Shown: positions 22,731 to 31,402 of the stretch, in pieces
How the letters are laid out: each line of letters starts with the position of its first letter
How positions within the stretch are numbered: the first letter of the stretch is position 1
From: Candidatus Limnocylindrales bacterium
GTDB taxonomy: Bacteria; Chloroflexota; Limnocylindria; Limnocylindrales; CSP1-4
Direction of reading: 5' to 3'
Length of the DNA: 41,633 nt
Assembly (NCBI GenBank): GCA_046704485.1
Contig: JBJKRU010000141.1
Span: 1-41,633 of the forward strand
Made by a program: the position numbers and the translations under genes
The notes under the pieces: generated by a model
Seen by the model: the letters and a program-made list of their open reading frames with translations, nothing else
Told to the model about the DNA's origin: nothing
The model's database searches: none

Positions 22731-23909
22731 ATGCGCGTCATGTTCACGTTCGCGGGCGGCCAGGGGCACCTGGAGCCGCTCGTGCCCGTGGCTCGGGCAG
22801 CTGAGGCTTCCGGTCACGAGGCGACCTTCTCCGGGCGGCCGTGGATGGTCGACAAGGTGGAGGCGCTCGGCTTCACCTGCTTCCCCGCGGGCGAAGACAA
22901 GGGCCTCCTGCCCGTGACCCGCCCGCTCGTCCCGATCGACATGCAGCGCGAGGCGCGCCAACTGGTGGTCGGCTTCGGGCGGCGGGTGGCCGGTGCGCGG
23001 GCACGGGCGCTGCTGTCGATCTTCGAGCGCTGGCAGCCGGATGTCGTCGTCTGGGACGAGACGGATCCCGCAGCCGGGATCGCCGCCGAGCGGCTCGCCA
23101 TCCCGCATGCCACCGTCCCGGTGCTGGCCTTCGGGATGGCGGCCGCCCCGTTTGCCGAGGGCTACAACCCCGTGCGCGTGCGGCACGGCCTGGCGCCCGA
23201 CCCGTCCGGCGAGATGCTGAGCCGGTACCTGGTGCTGTCGCCATTCCCCGCGAGCCTGCACGACCCGGGGCACCAGGCGCCGCCGACCACGCACCGGATC
23301 CGGATCGTCGACGCGGACCGAGCCGGGGGGCCGAACCGCAGCAGCCCGCCGCCTGACTGGACCCTTGCGATCAGGGGCGCCCCGTCCGTCTACTTCACCC
23401 TCGGCACCGTCTTCAACCACGAGTCGGGCGACCTCTTCTCGAGGGTGCTGGCCGGGCTCCGCGACCTCCCGGCCAACCTGCTCGTGACGGTGGGCCGCGA
23501 GATCGACCCGGGGATCCTCGGCCGCCAGCCGGCCCATGTGCGCGTCGAGCGGTTCGTCCCCCAGTCGGAGGTCTTGCCCCACGTGGACCTCGTCGTCTCC
23601 CACGGCGGCTCCGGCAGCGTCCTCGGCGCGTTGGCCTACGGACGGCCGATGGTCGTCCTCCCGATGGGCGCCGACCAGCCGCTCAACGCCGCGCGGATCA
23701 GCGCCCTGGGGGTGGGCCGGGCCCTCGACGCGGTTCGGGCGACGCCAGACGACATCCGCGAGGCGGCCTCGTCGGTGCTGGCCGACGCCGCCTACCACGA
23801 GTCCGCGGGCCGGATCGCCGCCGAGATCGCCGCCCTCGCGCCCCCCGACGTCGCCGTCGGTCTGCTCGAGCGGCTGGCGCGGGAGCGGCGCCCGCTGATC
23901 TCGGCCTGA
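22731..23909 (+). CDS. GT1-family glycosyltransferase (MGT/UDP-glycosyltransferase-like)
   Basis: N-terminus MRVMFTFAGGQGHLEPLVPVARA. C-terminal nucleotide-sugar motif VSHGGSGSVLGALAYGRPMVVLPMGADQPLNA. Confidence 0.8.
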   Translation: MRVMFTFAGGQGHLEPLVPVARAAEASGHEATFSGRPWMVDKVEALGFTCFPAGEDKGLLPVTRPLVPIDMQREARQLVVGFGRRVAGARARALLSIFERWQPDVVVWDETDPAAGIAAERLAIPHATVPVLAFGMAAAPFAEGYNPVRVRHGLAPDPSGEMLSRYLVLSPFPASLHDPGHQAPPTTHRIRIVDADRAGGPNRSSPPPDWTLAIRGAPSVYFTLGTVFNHESGDLFSRVLAGLRDLPANLLVTVGREIDPGILGRQPAHVRVERFVPQSEVLPHVDLVVSHGGSGSVLGALAYGRPMVVLPMGADQPLNAARISALGVGRALDAVRATPDDIREAASSVLADAAYHESAGRIAAEIAALAPPDVAVGLLERLARERRPLISA

Positions 23910-23927
23910 CCGATCAGGATCGGCGGA

Positions 23928-26597
23928 TCAAGCCCCCTTCTCCGGCGGGCTGCCACCCGGCGTCGGTGGCGCACCTAGGGGCGGCTCGAACGCCGCGGCC
24001 AGCTGGCGGGCCTCCGTCATGGTGAGCCGCCCGCCCTCCGCGTGGAGCGCCTCGTAGCCCTCGCCCAGCGTGGTGCGCACCTGCTCGTGCAGGGGCACGG
24101 CGCCGAGCAGGTGGGTGGGCGCGGCCGCTCCCAGGCGACCGGTCATCTCGTCGGCCTTGCCCTTCAGGAGCGCGGACCGCCGCGCGTCGCCCAGCCAGCC
24201 GGCCCACGCCGCCACCATGTCGAGGGCCATCGTCATCTCCACCTCGATCGCGAGCTCGTCAGCGATGGCCAGCGCCTCGCGGATGTCGCCGATGGCCCGC
24301 CCCCAATCCCCCGCCTGGCTCTCCGCCCAGGCCAGGCCCATCAGGCTGTCGGCGAGCAGCCACCGGGCACCCGCGGCGCGGTTCGCCTCGACCGCCCTGA
24401 TGTGGTAGCGGAGCGCCGTCTCCGGATCGCGCAGGATCGAGTGGAGGATCCCGAGGAATCGGTCGACCCAGGCCATGCCCAGGAGGTCGCCCGACCGCTC
24501 GTAGAGCTCGAGCGAGCGCTCGGCCAGCGTGCGGGCCTCCTGCGGGTCCTCGTCGACGAGCAGCGCCACGTAGCACTCGTTGTAGAGCGCGTCCGCGATC
24601 CCCCCCTCGTCCCCCACCGATTCGTACAGCCGCCGCGATTCCCGGTAGTCGCGGGCCATCGTGACGTAGTCGCGCTGCCAGTAGGCGATCCCGCCCTCGC
24701 CAATCAGCGCCTTCGCGCGCGCCGCTGGGCTCCCGCCCGGCTGGCCGAGCAGGCGCTCGAAGATGGCACGGGCCTCGGCGAACTGGCCGCGGAGCTGCCA
24801 GAAGCGCCACATCGAGCCGGCCGCCGCCAGCGCCTCGTCGAGCAGCCCGAGCTGGGGCGAGCGGTCGTAGGCCGCCCGCAGGTTGTCGTGGTCGCGTGAC
24901 AGGCGCCCGAGCCAGTCGAGCTGCTGGGGGCCCATCAGGTTCTGCTCCGCATCGCCCGCCCACCCGAAGCAGAGGCGTGCGTGGCGGAACGCCACGGCCG
25001 CGAACTCGCCCGCCTCCTCGAGGCGCTCGCGGGCGTACTCGCGGATGGTCTCGAGCATCGCCAGGCGCGTCTCGCCGCCGGCCTCCTCGCTGCGCAGCAG
25101 GCTCTTGTCGACCAGCGACGCCACGCCGTCGAACACGTCCGCGTCCAGGCCCTCCCCGCCGCAGACGGCCTCGGCCGACGCGAGCGTGCAGCCGCCCCGG
25201 AAGATCGACAGCCGCGCGAACAGCGTCTGCTCCGGCGCGCTGAGCAGCTCGTGGCTCCAGGCGACGGCGCCGCGCAGGGTGCGCTGCCGCTCGGGGAGGT
25301 CCTGGGCGGCGCTCGAGAGGAGCGACAGGTTCTGCTCGAGGCGGGCCAGGATCTGCTCGGGGCCGAGCAGCTTGATCCGGGCCGCCGCCAGCTCGATGGC
25401 CAGCGGGAGGCCATCGAGGCGCGCGCAGATCTGGGCGACGGCCGGCGCGTTGGCGTTGGTGACCTGGAACTCCGGCTTGACCGCCACCGCCCGCTCGATG
25501 AACAGGCGGACCGCCTCGTACTGCGAGAGGCGCTCGGCGGTGAGGTCCGGGCCCTCGGGCAGCGTCATGAGCGGCGGGACGGGGTACTCCTGCTCGCCGC
25601 GGACGTGGAGGGGGATGCGGCTGGTGGCCAGCACCCGCAGGCCGGGGGCGGCTGCGAGCAGCCGGGCGATGCCGGGCCCGGCGGCGGTCACCTGCTCGCA
25701 GTTGTCGAGCACGAGCAGGAGCTCGCGCTCGGCCAGCCACGCCTCGAGCGCGTCGATGGGCGGCCGGTCGGCCGGCAGGGTGACGCCCAGGGCGCCCGCG
25801 ATGGCCGGCGGCACCAAGTCGGGGTCGCGCAGCGCCTCGAGCGGCACGAACCAGGCTCCCTGGGCGTACTCGTCGATCAGCTCCTCGGCGACCCGGATGG
25901 CCAGCCGCGTCTTGCCGGTCCCGCCCGGGCCGGTGAGCGTCAGCAGGCGCGCCCCGGCCAGGCGGGAGCTGATCTCGGCGATCTGGCGGTCGCGGCCGAT
26001 GAAGCTCGTGAGGTCGGCGGGCAGGTTGTTGGGCCGCAGCTCCAGGGAGTGGAGCGGCGGGAAGCTCGCCGGGAGGCCCGGCACGACGACCTGGTGGATG
26101 CGCTCCGGGCTGGCCAAGCCCTTTAGGCGGTAGGCGCCCAGGTCATGCAGGCGCACCCCGTCCGGGAGCGCCTGCTCGACGAGGGCCCGGGTGGCGTCGG
26201 AGACCAGGATCTGGCCGCCGTGGCCGGCCGATGCGACGCGCGCGGCACGGTGCACGTCGATCCCCACGTAGTCGCTGCCGCCGAGGTGCCCCTCGCCCGT
26301 GTGGATGCCGATGCGGACGCGGACGGGACGGTCGTCCGGCCACGGCTCGGCGAGCAAGGCCCGTTGGGCGTCGGCCGCGGCCCGGACCGCGGCGGCCGGG
26401 CTGACGAAGACCGCGAACAGGGCGTCACCCTCGGTCCCGAACTCCGTGCCGCCCTGCCCGACGATGGCGCCGCGCAGCAGCTCGCCGTGCCGGGCGAGGA
26501 CCGCCGGGTAGCGGTCGCCGAGGGCGCGGACCAGCTCGGTGGAGCCCTCGATGTCGGTGAAGAGGAAGGTGACGATGCCGGTGGGGAGCGCGGGCAT
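23928..26597 (-). CDS. class III adenylate/guanylate cyclase domain + P-loop NTPase + TPR-repeat regulator
   Basis: Track ORF is 23928..26762. I trimmed the start to ATG 26597..26595 (MPALPTGIVTFLFTDIEGST). Cyclase: FGTEGDALFAVF, VRIGIHTGE, GIDVHRAARV. P-loop LTGPGGTGKTRLA and LVLDNCEQV. The C-terminus is helical and repeat-rich. Confidence 0.8.
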   Translation of the reverse strand: MPALPTGIVTFLFTDIEGSTELVRALGDRYPAVLARHGELLRGAIVGQGGTEFGTEGDALFAVFVSPAAAVRAAADAQRALLAEPWPDDRPVRVRIGIHTGEGHLGGSDYVGIDVHRAARVASAGHGGQILVSDATRALVEQALPDGVRLHDLGAYRLKGLASPERIHQVVVPGLPASFPPLHSLELRPNNLPADLTSFIGRDRQIAEISSRLAGARLLTLTGPGGTGKTRLAIRVAEELIDEYAQGAWFVPLEALRDPDLVPPAIAGALGVTLPADRPPIDALEAWLAERELLLVLDNCEQVTAAGPGIARLLAAAPGLRVLATSRIPLHVRGEQEYPVPPLMTLPEGPDLTAERLSQYEAVRLFIERAVAVKPEFQVTNANAPAVAQICARLDGLPLAIELAAARIKLLGPEQILARLEQNLSLLSSAAQDLPERQRTLRGAVAWSHELLSAPEQTLFARLSIFRGGCTLASAEAVCGGEGLDADVFDGVASLVDKSLLRSEEAGGETRLAMLETIREYARERLEEAGEFAAVAFRHARLCFGWAGDAEQNLMGPQQLDWLGRLSRDHDNLRAAYDRSPQLGLLDEALAAAGSMWRFWQLRGQFAEARAIFERLLGQPGGSPAARAKALIGEGGIAYWQRDYVTMARDYRESRRLYESVGDEGGIADALYNECYVALLVDEDPQEARTLAERSLELYERSGDLLGMAWVDRFLGILHSILRDPETALRYHIRAVEANRAAGARWLLADSLMGLAWAESQAGDWGRAIGDIREALAIADELAIEVEMTMALDMVAAWAGWLGDARRSALLKGKADEMTGRLGAAAPTHLLGAVPLHEQVRTTLGEGYEALHAEGGRLTMTEARQLAAAFEPPLGAPPTPGGSPPEKGA

Positions 26598-26713
26598 GCC
26601 GCATCTTGCGCGCATCGCCGGCCGTGGGGCAATGCGGCGGTGCGGCGGGCGGGGCGGATACCTCATCGGCGCGCGGGCCGCCTGCGAGCGGTGGCGGCCC
26701 GGGGCCGGCAGGC

Positions 26714-27373
26714 TCAGTGGAGCGGCGCGGCGGCGATCGCCTGGGCCATCGCCGTGTCCCACAGGACCACGGTGTGGTAGCCCATCGCGTTGGAGGGGTC
26801 GATCCTTGCGGGCAGGGGGAGGTCCACCATGCCGGAGGCCGAGCTGAGCGCGCCGAGGTCGAGCGCGTGGGCCGGGTCGACCTGGCTGCTCGAGGTGACG
26901 TCGCTCCCGGTCACAAGCAGGACGTGGACGCCGGCCGAGGAGGCCGTCGTGAAGTTCTCGAAGGTCACGTAGAACGCGCCCTTGGCGTGGTCGTGGTAGA
27001 GCGTGGCGGTGCCGGACGCCGAGCCGTCGACCGCGTGGAACGTGCCGGTCCCGTCATTGGTGACCGAGCCCGAGGCGCCGGGGGCCATGGACCCCGAGGC
27101 CATCGACTCGCCCGGCATCATCGACTCCGTCGCCATCGAGTGGGCGGCCATGGACTCGGCGGGCTTCATCGACTCGCCGGGGGCCATCGAGTCTGGCGCC
27201 ATCGAGTCGGCAGCCATGGACTCGGACGGCATCATCGAATCGGCGGGCGCCATCGACTCGGCCATCGATGGTGCAATCGTCGGTGGTGGCGTCGCCGCGG
27301 CCGAGCAGGCGGCCGTCAGCGCCGCAAGCATCACCAGCGAGCCGACGCGCAGCGCAAGACCAGTTCGGGTCAT
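26714..27373 (-). CDS. lipoprotein with a Met-rich tandem-repeat region and a C-terminal DM13-like domain
   Basis: Lipobox LAALTAAC. Repeats ESMAP/DSMAP/ESMKP/HSMAT. C-terminus GTFHAVDGSASGTATLYHDHAKGAFYVTFENFTTASSAGVHVLLV resembles the DM13 pattern. Confidence 0.65.
   Translation of the reverse strand: MTRTGLALRVGSLVMLAALTAACSAAATPPPTIAPSMAESMAPADSMMPSESMAADSMAPDSMAPGESMKPAESMAAHSMATESMMPGESMASGSMAPGASGSVTNDGTGTFHAVDGSASGTATLYHDHAKGAFYVTFENFTTASSAGVHVLLVTGSDVTSSSQVDPAHALDLGALSSASGMVDLPLPARIDPSNAMGYHTVVLWDTAMAQAIAAAPLH
27080..27271. repeat. imperfect tandem repeats of about 15 nt encoding (E/D)SM(A/M)P units
   Basis: Repeated ccatcgactcg / ccatggactcg strings. The protein reads SMAESMAPADSMMPSESMAADSMAPDSMAPGESMKPAESMAAHSMATESMMPGESMASGSMAP. 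Confidence 0.8.
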
Positions 27374-27549
27374 CTCGGGGATCTCCTCGTGCGAGCTCAG
27401 GCACGCGATGGTCCACTGGCGCGCTGACGCGCTGATGACGCCTCGTGACGCCTTGATGACAGCTCCGCCCGGCCGCTGCGGTTCGGCAAGGCGCGGACCC
27501 CCCGGACCGCCGAGGGGCGCCGGGGCAGCCAGCCCGGAATCCTGCGCCG

Positions 27550-28539
27550 GTGGCTAGACTTGGCCCCGTGACGGCGATCAACTCGAGCATCGAAGCCGGG
27601 GCGACAAGTCCCACGACCGGCGACGGCGCCGTCGTTGAGGTCGCACAGCTCCGCAAGCGGTACGGCGACGTCCAGGCCGTCGACGGCATCAGCTTCGAGG
27701 TCCACCGCGGCGAGATCTTCGGCCTGCTCGGGCCCAACGGCGCCGGCAAGACGACCACCGTCGAGATCCTCGAGGGGCTCCGTAGCCCCGACGAGGGCAC
27801 GGTGCGGGTCCTGGGCATCGACGCCGCGCACCACGCCGACCGGATCAAGGAGCGCGTGGGCGTCCAGCTCCAGACGGCGGCGCTGTACCCGTACCTCACC
27901 GTCGTGGAGGTCCTCGACCTGTTCCGAAGCTTCTACGCTCGCAGCCGGACCACGGCATGGCTGCTCGAGGCGCTGGACCTCGGGGAGCGGCGCCACGCGC
28001 AGACGCGCCAGCTGTCCGGGGGGCAGCGCCAGCGCCTCTCGGTCGCGCTCGCGCTCGTGAACGAGCCGGAGCTGGTGTTCCTCGACGAGCCGACGACCGG
28101 CATGGACCCGCAGGCCCGCCGCTCCCTCTGGGACCTGATCCTGCGCCTCCGGGACGCCGGCACCTCGGTCCTGCTCACCACCCACTACATGGAGGAGGCG
28201 GAGCAGCTCTGCGACCGGGTCGCGATCATGGACCACGGCCACGTGCTGGAGGCGGGCACGGTGCAGGCGCTCGTCACCCGGCGGTTCCACGAGCGCGCCG
28301 TGTCCTTCGACACGATGCCCGGGCTCGCGATCGCGGAGCTCGAGCAGCTCACGAGCGTGAAGCGGGCGGTGCTCGAGGACGGCGTGTCGGTCCTCTACAC
28401 GAGCGACGTGGCCGGGACGATCGGTGCGCTCCTCGCGCGGGCCGAGCAGCTCGGCCAGGAGCCGCGCAACCTCGGCATCCGGCGCGCGACGCTCGAGGAC
28501 GTCTTCCTCGACCTCACCGGCAGGGCGCTGCGTGAGTAG
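27550..28539 (+). CDS. ABC transporter ATP-binding protein (ABC-2/DrrA-like exporter)
   Basis: GTG start. Walker A GPNGAGKTT, signature LSGGQRQRLSVA, Walker B LVFLDEPTTGMD, H-loop TTHYMEEA. Confidence 0.9.
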   Translation: MARLGPVTAINSSIEAGATSPTTGDGAVVEVAQLRKRYGDVQAVDGISFEVHRGEIFGLLGPNGAGKTTTVEILEGLRSPDEGTVRVLGIDAAHHADRIKERVGVQLQTAALYPYLTVVEVLDLFRSFYARSRTTAWLLEALDLGERRHAQTRQLSGGQRQRLSVALALVNEPELVFLDEPTTGMDPQARRSLWDLILRLRDAGTSVLLTTHYMEEAEQLCDRVAIMDHGHVLEAGTVQALVTRRFHERAVSFDTMPGLAIAELEQLTSVKRAVLEDGVSVLYTSDVAGTIGALLARAEQLGQEPRNLGIRRATLEDVFLDLTGRALRE

Positions 28540-28566
28540 CGGGTCGCAAACGCAGGAGGCGCCGCG

Positions 28567-29685
28567 ATGCACGCCCTCGTGATGCTCACCCGCGCCAACA
28601 TCCGCAGCTTCGTCCGGGACCGGACGGCGCTGTTCTGGACGCTCGCCTTCCCGGTGATCTTCATCCTGCTCTTCGGGGCGATCTTCTCGGGCGGCGGCGA
28701 CACCACCTACAACGTGGGCTGGGTGGACCAGGACGGCACGGCCGCGTCGGCGGGGCTGCGGCAGGCGTTCAGCCAGGTGCCGCTCCTGAAGCTCGAGGAC
28801 GGCACGCTCGAGGCCAGCCGGCAGGCGATGCAGAAGGGCAGCCTGAACGGGATCATCGTCGTGCCGGCCGGGCTCGGAACGGCCATGGCGACGGCGTCTG
28901 CGGGATCGGGCTCGGGCGCAGCCGGCTCGGCAGGGCCGTCGATGCTGGAGGTCTACACGGACCCGAGCCAGCAGACCGCGAGCACGACAATCCGCCAGGT
29001 CGCGAGCCAGGTCGTGGCGTCGCTCAACGTCACCCTCACGGGCCGCTCGCCGGTGCTGGCCATCACGGACCGCACGCTCCAGACGCAGGACCTCACGTCG
29101 GCGGCGTTCCTCGTGCCCGGGATCCTGGGCATGGCGCTCATGCAGCTGGGCGTGTTCGGCGCGGTGCCGCTGGTCGCCCAGCGCGAGAAGCTGATCCTCA
29201 AGCGCCTGGGCGCGACGCCGCTGCCGCGCTGGACGCTCGTCGGCAGCAACGTGATCCTGCGGCTGCTCATCGGGCTGGTCCAGGCGGTGCTGATCATGGG
29301 GATCGGGGTGGCCGTGTTCGGCGTCCAGGTGCTCGGATCACTGCTGCTGCTGGCGGCGCTCGTGGTGCTGGGCGCCCTCAGCTTCATCTCGATCGGCTAC
29401 GTCGTGGCGGCCTTCGCCCGGACCGAGGAGGCGGCCAACGGCATCGTGCAGGTGATCCAGTTCCCGATGATGTTCCTGTCGGGCGTGTTCTTCCCGATCG
29501 AGATCATGCCCAACCTCCTCCGCCCGGTCGCCACGCTGCTGCCGCTCACCTACCTCGGCGACGCGCTGCGCCAGGTGATGGTCAGCGGGTCGGCGTTCGC
29601 GCCGCTGCCCGTCGACGTGGCCGTGCTGGTCGGCTGGTTCGTCGTCTGCCTCACCATCTCCGCACGCTTCTTCCGCTGGGAGTAG
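28567..29685 (+). CDS. ABC-2 type transporter permease
   Basis: N-terminus RANIRSFVRDRTALFWTLAFPVIFILLFG. Large extracytoplasmic loop followed by 5 hydrophobic helices. Lies directly downstream of the ATPase. Confidence 0.85.
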   Translation: MHALVMLTRANIRSFVRDRTALFWTLAFPVIFILLFGAIFSGGGDTTYNVGWVDQDGTAASAGLRQAFSQVPLLKLEDGTLEASRQAMQKGSLNGIIVVPAGLGTAMATASAGSGSGAAGSAGPSMLEVYTDPSQQTASTTIRQVASQVVASLNVTLTGRSPVLAITDRTLQTQDLTSAAFLVPGILGMALMQLGVFGAVPLVAQREKLILKRLGATPLPRWTLVGSNVILRLLIGLVQAVLIMGIGVAVFGVQVLGSLLLLAALVVLGALSFISIGYVVAAFARTEEAANGIVQVIQFPMMFLSGVFFPIEIMPNLLRPVATLLPLTYLGDALRQVMVSGSAFAPLPVDVAVLVGWFVVCLTISARFFRWE

Positions 29686-29792
29686 GCGGCGCGGCGCCGA
29701 TCGCTGCCTAGCGACGGGCCACCGACTCGGCTCGTCGCCGATCGCGGCTTTCGACCCTGTTCCGGGACTCTGCCGACGCGGACACTGCGGCC

Positions 29793-31268
29793 GTGGACGC
29801 GCACCGCTCGCACCCTCGCCCGGTCCCGCCCGTCTCCCGGGCGGCACGGGCGTGGATCCTGCCCGCCGTCGCCGCCCTGCTGCTGGCAGGGTGCGCGCCC
29901 GCCGTGCCACGCGTCACGCTCGTCGAGCCGAGCGCCGGCCCGTCCTCGGCGGCTGCCCCGCGGCTCGCGACGGCCCTCCGAGCCGCTGTCGACCCCGCAG
30001 CGATCCTGGCCGACCTCGACCGCCTCGCCGCCATCACCGAGGACTACGGCGGGACGCGGGCGGCCGGCAACCTGGGCTACCTCCTGGCGTCCGAGTGGAT
30101 CGCGGGCGAGCTGCGCGACGCTGGCTACGAGGTCACCATCGACCCGGTCTCGGTGCCGGCGTTCTCGCAGAACGGCCGCGGGGTGCTCGAGATCCTCGCG
30201 GCCGGCGCCCCCGCCCTCGAGGGGCCGCGCGACTTCAAGGCGATGCTGCTGTTACCCCCGGGCGACGTCACGGGGCCGCTGTACGCCCTCGGCTTCGACA
30301 CCGCGGCGGGTCCGGAGGCCCGAAACGGGATCGGCTGCAGCTCGAGCGCCTGGTCCGGCGTCCCGAGGGGCGCGATCGTCCTCGTCCAGCCGGGTCCGTG
30401 CCTGGCCCGCACGATCGTCGAGCACGCGCAGGCCGCAGGCGCGGCCGCGCTCATCTCCGCCAATCCGGCGTGGGGGCCGGGACAGGTCCGCCGCCCGACG
30501 CTGGTGGACCCCTCCGGGCTTGCCATCCCCGCCGTGGCCGCGACGCGCGACGCGGGGCTGGCCCTGGCCGAGGCCGCACAGTTCGGCGCCCGGGTCCACC
30601 TACGCATCTCGACGACCGTGGAGACGTGGCGGAGCGACAACGTGATCGCCCAGACGCCTGGCGGGAACGCCAGCCGCGTCCTCATGCTGGGCGCCCACCT
30701 CGATTCCTCGATCGACGGGCCAGGCATCAACGACAACGGGACGGGGGTACCCGTCCTGCTGGAGGTCGCCCGGCAGCTGGCGGCGCTGACCCACGGCCAG
30801 CCGGCGTGGAAGGTGCGCGTCGCGTTCTGGACGGGCGAGGAGTCGGGGCTGTGGGGCTCGGTCGACTATGCCAGCGCGCTGACCGACTCCGAGCGGGCCT
30901 CGATCGCCGCCTACCTGAACCTCGACATGCTCGCCACGCCGGGCGGGACGCGCCAGGTGTACGACGCTGCCACCTTCGCGAACCCGGCGTCGGCGGCCAT
31001 CGAGCGGCTGTTCTCCCATGCCTTCGACGTCGAGGGGCTCTCGTGGGAGCCCGTGGCCATCGGCGGCGCCAGCGACCACTACCTGTTCGACCAGCTCGGC
31101 ATCCCGGTCGGCGGGATCATCGCCGAGGCCAAGGCGGGCGACGCCTGCTACCACCTCGCCTGCGACACGGTCGGCAACGTCGACGCCGAGCTGCTGGGCC
31201 AGATGGCGCGCGCCGCGGCCTGGGCCACCGGGGCGCTGGCCGGCGGCCGGGCGAACCTGGGGCCCTGA
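29793..31268 (+). CDS. M28 family metallo-aminopeptidase (lipoprotein, PA-domain type)
   Basis: Lipobox LLLAGC. NVIAQTPGG..VLMLGAHLDS, GINDNGTGVPVLLEVAR, FWTGEESGLWGS, ASDHYLF. Confidence 0.85.
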   Translation: MDAHRSHPRPVPPVSRAARAWILPAVAALLLAGCAPAVPRVTLVEPSAGPSSAAAPRLATALRAAVDPAAILADLDRLAAITEDYGGTRAAGNLGYLLASEWIAGELRDAGYEVTIDPVSVPAFSQNGRGVLEILAAGAPALEGPRDFKAMLLLPPGDVTGPLYALGFDTAAGPEARNGIGCSSSAWSGVPRGAIVLVQPGPCLARTIVEHAQAAGAAALISANPAWGPGQVRRPTLVDPSGLAIPAVAATRDAGLALAEAAQFGARVHLRISTTVETWRSDNVIAQTPGGNASRVLMLGAHLDSSIDGPGINDNGTGVPVLLEVARQLAALTHGQPAWKVRVAFWTGEESGLWGSVDYASALTDSERASIAAYLNLDMLATPGGTRQVYDAATFANPASAAIERLFSHAFDVEGLSWEPVAIGGASDHYLFDQLGIPVGGIIAEAKAGDACYHLACDTVGNVDAELLGQMARAAAWATGALAGGRANLGP

Positions 31269-31402
31269 TCCGGACCGCTCAGGGCGCAGCCCCGGGCGGC
31301 GCCCGCCACGACCCGACGGGCGCTTGTCGACGAACGCCTCTTGTGCGCCGGCGGCCGCCCGACGACGGTTGGCGGACCGCGGCGCGAGGGGCGCCGCAGC
31401 CA

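Noticed and set aside
20793-23798. 1001-aa minus-strand ORF, the longest ORF in the right half
   Set aside because: It is Arg/Gly/Pro-rich with no motifs. It lies antisense to three well-supported plus-strand genes (DUF998, CPBP protease, GT1 glycosyltransferase). This is a typical high-GC antisense artefact.
24259-26133. Several ORFs of 380 to 490 aa on both strands inside the cyclase/NTPase/TPR gene (24259..25740, 24883..26133, 24981..26126)
   Set aside because: They have Arg/Ala/Pro-rich composition and no motifs. They overlap a gene with clear cyclase and P-loop signatures.
29852-31402. First 517 codons of the 1234-aa plus-strand ORF 29852..33556
   Set aside because: This part is an alternate frame of the M28 peptidase gene and reads as Arg/Pro/Gly-rich nonsense. 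Only the portion from ATG 31403 onward is protein-like, so I annotated that portion.
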